A DNA stretch of 64,000 nucleotides from Pontiellaceae bacterium (lineage in GTDB: Bacteria; Verrucomicrobiota; Kiritimatiellia; Kiritimatiellales; Tichowtungiaceae): contig JBGAJP010000003.1 in assembly GCA_044224855.1 (NCBI GenBank), positions 27,745 through 91,744 of the forward strand, in the 5' to 3' direction. The translations under genes were made by a program, and so were the position numbers. Below, one piece after another: positions 15,680 to 24,247 of the stretch. The notes under the pieces were generated by a model. That model did not search any database. It had not been told where the DNA came from and saw nothing but the letters and a program-made list of their open reading frames with translations. Numbering within the stretch: the first letter of the stretch is position 1; the number at the start of each line of letters is the position of its first letter.

Positions 15680-17421
15680 TGTCCGCCCTCCAGTTTCTGC
15701 TGAAGCTGCTGCAGAGTATTGAGTTCGGAGTAATAACCGGGCTGTTTCACGAGCTCGTCATGTGTGCCGCGCTGGGTGATGCGGCCGTCTTCAATGACGA
15801 TGATTTCGTCGGTGTAGCGCAGGGTCGAGACGCGGTGGCTGACAAACAGGCAGGTGCGGTCTTTCATGACCGGCCGGAGCTTGCCCATAATGGCGGCCTC
15901 CGTCTGCGTATCGACGGCGGAGAGCACGTCGTCGAGAATCAGAATCTGCGGTCTGCGCGCCACGGCGCGGCTGATCGAGGTGCGCTGCCGCTGCCCGCCG
16001 GAAAGCGTAATGCCGCGCTCGCCGAGTACGGTTTGATAGTGTTCTGGGAACTCCGCGATATCGCCGTTCAGGTGCGCGATGTCCGCCGCCCAGTCGATGG
16101 TTTCCTGGCCGGGCGTAGTAATGCCGAACGCAATGTTGTGCTCCAGTGTCCGCGAGAAGAGGACCGGCTCCTGCGCGGCGAAGCCGATATGGCGGCGCAG
16201 TACGTCGAGCGGAATGGTGCGGACGGCATGGCCGCCGACGGTCAGCCCGCCTTCGGTGACATCCATCAGACGGGCGGCCAGCGAAACCAGCAGGGTTTTA
16301 CCGCTGCCGGTCGGGCCGGTAATTCCGACGGTTTTTCCGGCGGGAACGGTCAGGCTGATGTTATGCAGGCGGCGCGCGCCGTCGATTTCGAGCGATACAT
16401 TGCGCCATTCGAGCGAGCCGTCCAGCACGGTGATGCCGGTATCGGTTTCCGCGGAATCGGCAATCTTCGGTTCGCGCCGGAACAGTTCCAGAATCCGCCG
16501 CCAGCTCACCTTGCCGCGCTGCATGAGGCTCAGCGTCCAGCTCAGCGAAAGCAGCGGCCACTGCATATAGAGCAGATACTGGAGAAACTGCACAACCACG
16601 CCGACGCTGACGGTACCGCGGATCACCTGTCGGCCGCCGACGTACAGCAGAAGCAGGGTGCCGATGCCGAACCAGAACGCCATCAGCGGCCAGAGAAGCT
16701 GCCGGGCGGTTTGCAGCTGGATCGTTTTTTTAATCAGTCCGCGGTTCAGCAGTTCGAAAAATCCGGTCCGCCGCTTTTCGAGCGCAAACCCTTTGATGCA
16801 GCGGATTCCGGAAAAGCTTTCCTGCGCGAAGTTGGAAACTTCGGAGAGCTGTTCCTGCAGCACCTTCTGGCGGTCGCGCATCACGTTGAGCACCAGGAAG
16901 AAGAAAACGATGATCGGCAGGTAGAGCGAAAAAAGCAGCAGCGCGAGCTTCGGGTCGGTCCAGACCATGACAACGGAGGCGAACAGCAGCGCCCCGCCGG
17001 TACGAAGGCCCTGCAGCAGTCCCTGACCGATGGAGTCGGTGACGATCGTCAGATCCGACGACATACGCGTCATCAGATCGCCGGTGCGCTCCTTGCGGAA
17101 AAACTCCGCATCGAGCCGCGTCAGGTGGGCGAAAAGGTCGCGGCGCACGTCGTATTCGATTTTATGCGAAAGCTTCAGCGGAATTCCGCGCAGGTAGCGG
17201 GCGAACCAGACGGTGAAAACCGCCAGACCGGCATAGATGAACACGTAGCGACACAATCCGGCATTCGTCAGCGTACCGCCGGTCAGCCCGTCGATCGCCA
17301 GCCGCATCAGGTAGGGCATGATCAGGTTGGCGCCGACCGTCACCAGTACGCAGACACAGGTCAGCGCGATCTCGGCCTTATGCGCCGCGATGTAGCGGCT
17401 TAATTTGACGTCGGACTTCAT
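15676..17421 (-). CDS. ABC exporter, fused permease/ATPase, subunit 1 of a heterodimer
   Basis: Walker A GPTGSGKT, signature LSGGQRQR, Walker B ILILDDVLS. Confidence 0.9.
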   Translation of the reverse strand: MKSDVKLSRYIAAHKAEIALTCVCVLVTVGANLIMPYLMRLAIDGLTGGTLTNAGLCRYVFIYAGLAVFTVWFARYLRGIPLKLSHKIEYDVRRDLFAHLTRLDAEFFRKERTGDLMTRMSSDLTIVTDSIGQGLLQGLRTGGALLFASVVMVWTDPKLALLLFSLYLPIIVFFFLVLNVMRDRQKVLQEQLSEVSNFAQESFSGIRCIKGFALEKRRTGFFELLNRGLIKKTIQLQTARQLLWPLMAFWFGIGTLLLLYVGGRQVIRGTVSVGVVVQFLQYLLYMQWPLLSLSWTLSLMQRGKVSWRRILELFRREPKIADSAETDTGITVLDGSLEWRNVSLEIDGARRLHNISLTVPAGKTVGITGPTGSGKTLLVSLAARLMDVTEGGLTVGGHAVRTIPLDVLRRHIGFAAQEPVLFSRTLEHNIAFGITTPGQETIDWAADIAHLNGDIAEFPEHYQTVLGERGITLSGGQRQRTSISRAVARRPQILILDDVLSAVDTQTEAAIMGKLRPVMKDRTCLFVSHRVSTLRYTDEIIVIEDGRITQRGTHDELVKQPGYYSELNTLQQLQQKLEGGQ

Positions 17422-17527
17422 GGCAGCTCAAAACTAAAGACTCTGTTCCGGAATACAAGCGCAGAGCCGCATGATGCGGCGGGCATTTTGTTTCCAAGGG
17501 GCGCGAAAACAGAGTATGTTTTTGCTG

Positions 17528-18406
17528 ATGTTTAGAAAAACACAGATCATTTGGCGGTGCCGCGGGCGGGAGATCGTTTGCGGGCAGAAAACGCTGATTA
17601 TGGGCATCCTGAATGTGACGCCGGATTCCTTCTCGGACGGCGGAAAGTTCCAATGCTTGGAAACTGCGGTGGCGCGCGGCCTGCAGATGGCCGCGGAAGG
17701 CGCTGACATTATTGATATCGGCGGAGAATCGACCCGTCCCGGCTCCCGTCCGGTTCCGGTGCCGGAAGAAATTGCGCGGCCGGTTCCGGTTATTGCAAAG
17801 CTGCGGGCTGAAACCGGCGCGCTGATTTCGATCGATACCCGCAACGCGGAAACCGCCCGTGCGGCGGTCGCCGCCGGCGCGGACATTATCAACGATATTT
17901 CGGCGCTGTCCGACCCCGGTATGGCGGCGGTTGCGGCGGAAACCGGCGCAGGGCTGGTGCTGATGCATATGCTCGGAACGCCGGAGACGATGCAGAATGA
18001 TCCGCACTACGGCGATGTGGTTTCCGAGGTCGGAAGTTTTTTGGAAGAGCGGACAGCCTTCGCGGTGGAGCGAGGCATTGCTCCGGAACAGATTACGCTC
18101 GATCCGGGCATCGGGTTCGGAAAAACGGATGAGCATAATCTGGCGCTTTTGCGCGGAATTTCCGCGCTGGCGGCGGCGGGGCGTCCGGTGCTGATCGGCG
18201 CGAGCCGTAAAGGGTTTATCGGACGGCTGACCGGCTGCGAACCGGCTGACCGGCTGGCGGGTTCGCTGGCGGTTGCGGTCTTTTCTATTCTGCGCGGTGC
18301 GCAGATTTTGCGGGTGCACGATGTAAAGGAATCTTGCGACGCCGCGCGGCTTGTGGATACACTGCGGGCTCAAGGAACGCATGATGAACTGGCTCCACAG
18401 CATTGA
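17528..18406 (+). CDS. folP: Dihydropteroate synthase
   Basis: IMGILNVTPDSFSDGG, DIIDIGGESTRPG, DPGIGFGK. Start is uncertain (ATGs at 17471, 17516 and 17528). Confidence 0.9.
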   Translation: MFRKTQIIWRCRGREIVCGQKTLIMGILNVTPDSFSDGGKFQCLETAVARGLQMAAEGADIIDIGGESTRPGSRPVPVPEEIARPVPVIAKLRAETGALISIDTRNAETARAAVAAGADIINDISALSDPGMAAVAAETGAGLVLMHMLGTPETMQNDPHYGDVVSEVGSFLEERTAFAVERGIAPEQITLDPGIGFGKTDEHNLALLRGISALAAAGRPVLIGASRKGFIGRLTGCEPADRLAGSLAVAVFSILRGAQILRVHDVKESCDAARLVDTLRAQGTHDELAPQH

Positions 18407-19232
18407 GTATCCCGGCAAGACCGGCATGGTCGAGATTCTGATTCTCGCCGTCGTTTTCTATTTTCTGGTGAAGTTCTTCCGCGGTACGCGCGGCGCGGCT
18501 ATTCTGACCGGTCTGGCGATTCTTTTTACGTTCCTGATGGTGATTACAAAATTCACCAACCTGCTGATTATCAACTGGCTGCTGCAGAAGCTGATGGTCT
18601 ATCTGGCCCTCGCGCTGATTGTGATCTTCCAGCCGGAAATCCGCCGCGCGCTGGCACGGCTCGGACGGCACGGCAATTTTATGGCAAGCAAGACCCGCCG
18701 CGCATTAACGGATCCGATTGCCGATGCGGTGCTGATGATGGCTTCGCGCAAAATCGGCGCGCTGATTGCAATTGAACGCGAGGCGGAAACCCGCGCGATT
18801 CAGGATACCGGCACGGCGTTGAACGGCGAGGTGAGCGCGGAGCTTCTGACCACTATTTTTTATCCCGGCACACCGCTGCACGACGGCGGCGCGATTATCA
18901 GTGACGAGCGCATTGTAGCGGCCGGCTGCGTTTTTCCGCTGACGCAGACGGATACGCTGACCAGCGATCTCGGTACGCGCCACCGCGCGGCTATCGGGCT
19001 GACGGAGGAAACGGATACGCTGGTGATTGTCGTTTCCGAAGAGACCGGCATAATTTCGGTCGCCTATAACGGACGCCTCAAGCGCGGCTTTGACGGGCCG
19101 CGCCTGCGCCGCGTACTGACTTCGTTCATTGGTCACGAGGGCCGCAGCCTTCAGCGGCGGTTCACCCGCCAGCGTGCCGCTGAAGATAATGAACAGCGGA
19201 GTTTCATTTTCGAGGAGGCCGAAAATGATTAA
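18381..19232 (+). CDS. cdaA: Diadenylate cyclase (membrane-anchored, DAC domain)
   Basis: Three N-terminal TM helices, then GALIAIE, PLHDGGAII and GTRHRAAIGL (the DGA and RHR motifs). Confidence 0.9.
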   Translation: MMNWLHSIEYPGKTGMVEILILAVVFYFLVKFFRGTRGAAILTGLAILFTFLMVITKFTNLLIINWLLQKLMVYLALALIVIFQPEIRRALARLGRHGNFMASKTRRALTDPIADAVLMMASRKIGALIAIEREAETRAIQDTGTALNGEVSAELLTTIFYPGTPLHDGGAIISDERIVAAGCVFPLTQTDTLTSDLGTRHRAAIGLTEETDTLVIVVSEETGIISVAYNGRLKRGFDGPRLRRVLTSFIGHEGRSLQRRFTRQRAAEDNEQRSFIFEEAEND

Positions 19233-20199
19233 GCGGAGTATGAAAATATCCATGCCTCCGTTCAGCCTGAAGCCTGTCTGGCGGTCACTTACCCGTCACT
19301 GGATGATGAAGCTGTTCTGCATCGTACTGGCGTTTGCGGTGTGGCAGTCCGTCCGTGAAAACATCAGCTTTGAGGTGGTCGTGGCGGATGTTCCGGTTAC
19401 CGTGACCGCGGGGGATGGCCGGGCGGTTTCCGACCAGTCCGCCGATACGGTTAACATTACGTTTCGCGGTTCGCGTGACGACATCCGGTTTATCAGCAGC
19501 GATCAGGTGGAGGTGAAGGTTGATATTTCAAACCACCCCGACCGGCTGCGCCAGACCGTTAAATTTTCTCCGCGCTATGTCAAAGCGCCGTCGCACGCCC
19601 ATGCGGTGCAGTTCGATCCGCCGGAGGTGACCGTGACGGTAGACCGTGAAGTGGAGCGGGTTCTTCCGGTGAAGGCCGTGCTGGAAGGCGAGCTTCCCCA
19701 GGGCATTCAAATGGAACAGACGGTATGCACACCTGCTTCCGTGAAGGTGCGCGGCGCCGAGCGTCTGCTGAGTGAACTGGAACAGGTGCGGACGGTGCCG
19801 GTCAGTCTCGACGGGCGCTATAACTCGTTTAAAACCCATGTGGCGATCGCATCGTCCGGCCAGCCATGGACGGTTTCCCCGGAGCGCGTTACAACGGAGG
19901 TTTTGCTGGTGGAACGCGTGGCGAGCCGCCGCATCGACAACAGCTATGTGCGTCCGCTGCTGGCATCCGACGATACGCGGGTGGTTAAAATCCGGCCCGA
20001 AAAAGTTTCGGTAACGCTGCGCGGCAGTCCGCAGCGGATTGAAGAGTTGAATGCGCGCGATGTGTATACGTATATCGACTGTACCGCGCTAACTGAACCG
20101 GCAGACTATGAAGTTTCCGTGCGCGCCGACGCGCCGGCCGGCCTGCAGATCGAAAAAATTGAACCCGCGGCGGTCAAAGTGACCGTCAAAAAAATGTGA
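19225..20199 (+). CDS. cdaR: YbbR-domain protein, CdaA regulator
   Basis: Overlaps the cdaA stop. N-terminal TM helix followed by repeated YbbR-like beta modules. Position directly after cdaA. Confidence 0.7.
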   Translation: MIKRSMKISMPPFSLKPVWRSLTRHWMMKLFCIVLAFAVWQSVRENISFEVVVADVPVTVTAGDGRAVSDQSADTVNITFRGSRDDIRFISSDQVEVKVDISNHPDRLRQTVKFSPRYVKAPSHAHAVQFDPPEVTVTVDREVERVLPVKAVLEGELPQGIQMEQTVCTPASVKVRGAERLLSELEQVRTVPVSLDGRYNSFKTHVAIASSGQPWTVSPERVTTEVLLVERVASRRIDNSYVRPLLASDDTRVVKIRPEKVSVTLRGSPQRIEELNARDVYTYIDCTALTEPADYEVSVRADAPAGLQIEKIEPAAVKVTVKKM

Positions 20200-20206
20200 G
20201 CAGCCT

Positions 20207-21076
20207 ATGCGATATCTATTCTTTATTTTAACCGGCGCGCTTCCGGCCGCCTTTGTACTGGCTCAAGGCGTTCCGCAAGGCCCGTCGCCGCTGAATATCG
20301 GCGTTTATGAACCGGCAGCCAATGCGGCCGTGAAAGCCGATCCGTCTTCGGCGCAGAGTAATCCTCAGGGGCCGTCTCCGTTGAATATCGTTGCAGATGA
20401 AAAACAAACCAACACCACCATGCAGACCGGGATCGAAGCACCGGATGTTTCTCAGGATCCCATGCTGAAGGTTCCCGGCGGAACTGTAGAGCCGGCAAAA
20501 CCCGCCGCTCCGAACGAGGTCGCCGGATCGACTAATGAGACAAAATCCGCCCGGGTTTCTTTTTTGATGAATACCGGCGTTCAGTATGCCGACGCAGGGG
20601 ACTATCAGGAGGCCGAGCGGGCGTATCTGCGTGCGCGGGAAGCCGATCCGGACAACCCGAATATCCTTTTCGCTCTGAGCAACCTCTATGTTCAGATGGA
20701 ACGCTATAAAACTGCGGTGGATATATTGAACGGCATGGCCGCGAAGTTTCCCGAGAATGCGCTGGTTCATAACAATCTGGCCTGGATTTATTCCACCGGC
20801 GGCTCGATGAAAAACGGGAAACTGGCCGTGCGGCACGCCCTTGAGGCGATCATGTCTGCGCCGATTGAGGCCTCCATGTGGAACACTCTGGCCGAAGCTT
20901 TTTATGTTGCCGGGCAGTATGATAAGGCGCTGAGCGCCTCTGAATACGCCATCGACCTGCTCAAAATGCAAAATGCCTCCGCAGAAGGAATTGCCGAGTT
21001 TGAAAAGCAGCGTGCAAAAATTACGCGGGCTGACGAGGCGACAAAAAGGCTTCTGAATCTGGACGATAAGAAATAG
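20207..21076 (+). CDS. Secreted TPR-repeat protein
   Basis: Signal peptide, a duplicated PQGPSPLNI motif, and TPR units (AGDYQEAERAYLRAREADPDNP...). Confidence 0.7.
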   Translation: MRYLFFILTGALPAAFVLAQGVPQGPSPLNIGVYEPAANAAVKADPSSAQSNPQGPSPLNIVADEKQTNTTMQTGIEAPDVSQDPMLKVPGGTVEPAKPAAPNEVAGSTNETKSARVSFLMNTGVQYADAGDYQEAERAYLRAREADPDNPNILFALSNLYVQMERYKTAVDILNGMAAKFPENALVHNNLAWIYSTGGSMKNGKLAVRHALEAIMSAPIEASMWNTLAEAFYVAGQYDKALSASEYAIDLLKMQNASAEGIAEFEKQRAKITRADEATKRLLNLDDKK

Positions 21077-22021
21077 CTACTGCCAGATGCTGGTCTTGAT
21101 ATGCGGCATGCGATCGTCTGTAAACGGATCCGCCTTATTGATCGGCGATGATTTCCGGATCGCTTCCATCGGCGTCAGCACGGGGGTTTCCGGCTCACTC
21201 CAGTCGGGCGATAAAGTAGCGCGGGCGGGCAGCGGGCGGGCAGGCGCCCCGAGATTTGGGTTAAGCGACGGGCTTCTGGTGGACCGGAGCGGATCACTAT
21301 CCGGAGCTGAAGAAGCCCGTGCTGCCTGAGGGGAGAATAAGGGCGGCGTAACCGGCGTTTCTTTCTTCGGTGTCAACCGGACCGCGGCCATCGGGTCGGG
21401 AGTTCCGCTTTGCGGAGTCATATATAAAGGAGCGTCGGGATCCTTCTCCTTACTGCCAAACAGTTTCTGCGGGGCAAGCTGATACTGCTTCAGACGGTCC
21501 AGTTCCGGCGAACTGCTCTTCGGGGCTGTTTTTTCGCGCAGAAGTTTTTCAGCCAGCTCGTTATCTTTCGTTGCCGTGGCTTCCCGCGCCTTCAGCTCCT
21601 TCTGCCGCTCCATTTCCCGGATAAGCCAGGAATCTTCTGTCGCGCCATTAGTCAGCGACATTGCCGCGTCCTGATCCATCATCGCCGGAGTCAGCCAGTT
21701 TTGATTTTCCGCGGATCGTACTGTTGCGGCGGCCGGCCGTACCGGCATGGACTGCTGAACCATCGCTCCCGGCCGGGCATCCCGCTCCCGCTCGGCTTCC
21801 ATAGCTTCTAATTTTTTATCAAGTTCCTTTTCTTCAGCGGAAGCCTGGCGCGGAATAACCAGATTCTCATTGTGAAGCAAAGCACTGTCCGAATAGACGT
21901 GGCGCTGGGCTTTCTTTTTCTGCGCCGCCAGAGCGGCGTCCAGATCTTCGGAAAACGAAGCCGCGCTGCAGGCGGCAATAACCGTCAGCAGAACGAAAAA
22001 TCTGTAATCCAGCCGCTTCAT
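21077..22021 (-). CDS. Secreted low-complexity (Pro/Ser/Ala/Lys-rich, coiled-coil-like) protein
   Basis: The start at MKRLDYRFFVLLTVIAACSAASF gives a signal peptide. No enzymatic motif. Confidence 0.5.
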   Translation of the reverse strand: MKRLDYRFFVLLTVIAACSAASFSEDLDAALAAQKKKAQRHVYSDSALLHNENLVIPRQASAEEKELDKKLEAMEAERERDARPGAMVQQSMPVRPAAATVRSAENQNWLTPAMMDQDAAMSLTNGATEDSWLIREMERQKELKAREATATKDNELAEKLLREKTAPKSSSPELDRLKQYQLAPQKLFGSKEKDPDAPLYMTPQSGTPDPMAAVRLTPKKETPVTPPLFSPQAARASSAPDSDPLRSTRSPSLNPNLGAPARPLPARATLSPDWSEPETPVLTPMEAIRKSSPINKADPFTDDRMPHIKTSIWQ

Positions 22022-22117
22022 AGAAGTTCGCAACATACGCCTCCTGATATACCCCGTCAACCGCTGGATTAGACGCCGCCGGTTGCCTTCTGTTCAGCTT
22101 CCTGCTACCTTCCCTCC

Positions 22118-23521
22118 GTGCGCAAAATCTTCCAGACAACCCTCTTAGCCCTTTGCACTGTAACGGCTTCCGTGCAGGCCGTTGTCTCTGAATTCCGCCT
22201 CGACCAGAACCGTCTTTGGATCACTGCCAAAGACGAACCGCTTCCGCAGCTTCTCGGACATTTCGCCGCCGCCGGAATTGACGTACAGATTGATCCTGCC
22301 GCGGAGAAAACCGTCACCGGCTCCTGCAGTGCCGCCGATGTCGAAGCCGTTCTCGACAAACTTCTCCCCCCGTACAGCTACCTGCTCGACTGGCGGCGCG
22401 AACCCGGCCCGCTCGGCGACCTGACCCGCCTTACCGGTATTCGTGTTTTCCGCGAAGGCCACGCCTCATCCGTAAAGCCGCTTCGCAACACACGCCGCAT
22501 CGAAACTTCGCTGGACGGACGCTTCCGGTATATGGCCCGCGAAATCCTCATCGGCTTCCGGCCCGGATCCTCCATCGAAAACCTGCGCGCCTTTCTTGCC
22601 CGGACCGGCGGAACCGTCATTTCCGCCAACGCCGATCTCGGAATCTACCGCATTCTGCTTCCCGAAGGAGCCAATGTCCTCGACCTTGCCGGCCAGCTCG
22701 GCAACGAAAGCAGTCTGGCTCTCGCCGAACCGAATTACGTTTATGACCTGCCCGGACTTCTGCCTGTCGAAAAAGGCCTTTCCACTGCTCCGGCGCAGTG
22801 GGATGCTCCCGATAAAAGCGGCAAAATCGCCGTCTCAGTGCTCGATTCAGGGCTTGCATCCGACAGCAGTCTGGATCGCGCCGTTATCAGCGCCTTTGAT
22901 GCCACCAACCCCGGCTCGCCGCTCACTGCCGACGCTGTCGGACACGGCACACTCATGGCGCAGCTCGCCGCCGGACTGATCGATCCGTACAACAGCCCCG
23001 TCGGCGAAGGCGTGCCGGTTGTCGCTGTCAAAGCATTTGCCGACGACGGCTCCGCCGATTCCTTTACTCTCATGAATGCCATGACCCACGCCGTCAAAAA
23101 CAGCTCCGGCCCCGTCAGCCTCAGCTGGGGTTCCGAAACACCCAGTAAATTCATTGAATCCGCCGTGCAATACGCCATTTCTCAGGACCGGCCCGTCTTC
23201 GCCGCCGTCGGCAACAAAAATACCGGACGGGCAATGTATCCGGCTGCCTATCCCGGCGTTGTCGGCGTCGCCGCCTCGAACGGCGACCGGTTCGCCGACT
23301 ACTCCAACCGCGGCGACTTCGTTGATTTAATTGCGCCCGGCTCCGCGGGCGGCTCGCAAGGGACTTCGGTAGCCACGGCTTATGTCGCCCACATCGCTGC
23401 GCGCTACATGAAAAATCATCCCGGTGTTTCCGCCTTCGACACCGTCGCCGCGCTCAAAAAAGCCGCCGGCCCGACCGGCTTTCTCACCGAATCCGCCGTC
23501 AAACAGCTCCTTATCAAATGA
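22118..23521 (+). CDS. Secreted subtilisin-like serine peptidase (S8 family)
   Basis: GTG start and a signal peptide. Catalytic triad contexts VLDSGL (D), HGTLMAQ (H) and GTSVATAYVA (S). Confidence 0.85.
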   Translation: MRKIFQTTLLALCTVTASVQAVVSEFRLDQNRLWITAKDEPLPQLLGHFAAAGIDVQIDPAAEKTVTGSCSAADVEAVLDKLLPPYSYLLDWRREPGPLGDLTRLTGIRVFREGHASSVKPLRNTRRIETSLDGRFRYMAREILIGFRPGSSIENLRAFLARTGGTVISANADLGIYRILLPEGANVLDLAGQLGNESSLALAEPNYVYDLPGLLPVEKGLSTAPAQWDAPDKSGKIAVSVLDSGLASDSSLDRAVISAFDATNPGSPLTADAVGHGTLMAQLAAGLIDPYNSPVGEGVPVVAVKAFADDGSADSFTLMNAMTHAVKNSSGPVSLSWGSETPSKFIESAVQYAISQDRPVFAAVGNKNTGRAMYPAAYPGVVGVAASNGDRFADYSNRGDFVDLIAPGSAGGSQGTSVATAYVAHIAARYMKNHPGVSAFDTVAALKKAAGPTGFLTESAVKQLLIK

Positions 23522-23570
23522 GGTTCAAATGCTTTGAAAAGCAAAACACGGCGCCCTTGTGGAGGTTGCT

Positions 23571-24026
23571 TCACATAGCTTTTTTAGTTTTTCCTGAAGT
23601 CCATAGACGCATGTGAAATACGTGTTTCTTGTCAGATGGTTTGAGTTTCATATCTTTCCGCATTTCCAACAGCAATCGATCTAATGCGAGCTGCTTTTTC
23701 TCACCCGATGGTGCCGGATTAGTTATGCGAATCTCTTCCTGATATTGCCACAAGGCCTTCAACACATCAGAAGGGGCCAGTGCGTGAAGATCATTACAGG
23801 CTTTTGCAAAGTGAATTTCACCTGCATCAGTAATTTCTGAGTCCGTGATACCACTAAGAGCCTCCACAAAATTCAGGTAGAACTTTAATTTTTCTCTGCG
23901 CCATTCAGCCTCTCTCTCGGCCTCCTTTGCCTTAAAGAAAGTCCAGACGGCGAGTAGAAAAGGGGCGATGATTGCCCAAAAATTTGGGGATGCGAGGATG
24001 TTTTTAATTATTTCCATATATGGCAT
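23571..24026 (-). CDS. Hypothetical N-terminally anchored protein in an AT-rich patch
   Basis: 151 aa with one TM helix (FWAIIAPFLLAVWTFF). Visibly lower GC than its neighbours. Confidence 0.45.
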   Translation of the reverse strand: MPYMEIIKNILASPNFWAIIAPFLLAVWTFFKAKEAEREAEWRREKLKFYLNFVEALSGITDSEITDAGEIHFAKACNDLHALAPSDVLKALWQYQEEIRITNPAPSGEKKQLALDRLLLEMRKDMKLKPSDKKHVFHMRLWTSGKTKKAM

Positions 24027-24108
24027 ATGCTCCGTTGTTTAAACCGTCTATAGCACGGGAGCTTTCTATCAGTTTCGCAGGCAACGGGTAAAGAGGTTCC
24101 TGTCCAAG

Positions 24109-24156
24109 GTGGAAGAGGCTTCCAGCCTCTGGCCAGCGGCAGGATGCCGCTTCCAC
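24109..24156. repeat. Nested palindromic element (outer stem enclosing two hairpins)
   Basis: gtggaag / cttccac encloses agaggc-ttcca-gcctct and gcggca-gga-tgccgc. Confidence 0.5.
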
Positions 24157-24247
24157 ATTTCCGAGACTTGGTAAATCCGCGTCCATTCGTGTTCATCCGC
24201 GGTTAAAAATCTTCCGGACTCCGGCAAAAGCCGCTAATGTCCCGCCG

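Noticed and set aside
15679-17403. 574-aa plus-strand ORF opposite the ABC exporter gene
   Set aside because: This is a shadow ORF. It is low-complexity and Arg/Gly/Ala/Gln-rich, while the minus strand has the complete Walker A, signature and Walker B motifs.
17378-18427. 349-aa minus-strand ORF opposite folP/cdaA
   Set aside because: This is a shadow ORF with extreme Arg/Pro/Gly content. The plus strand encodes clear DHPS and DAC motifs.
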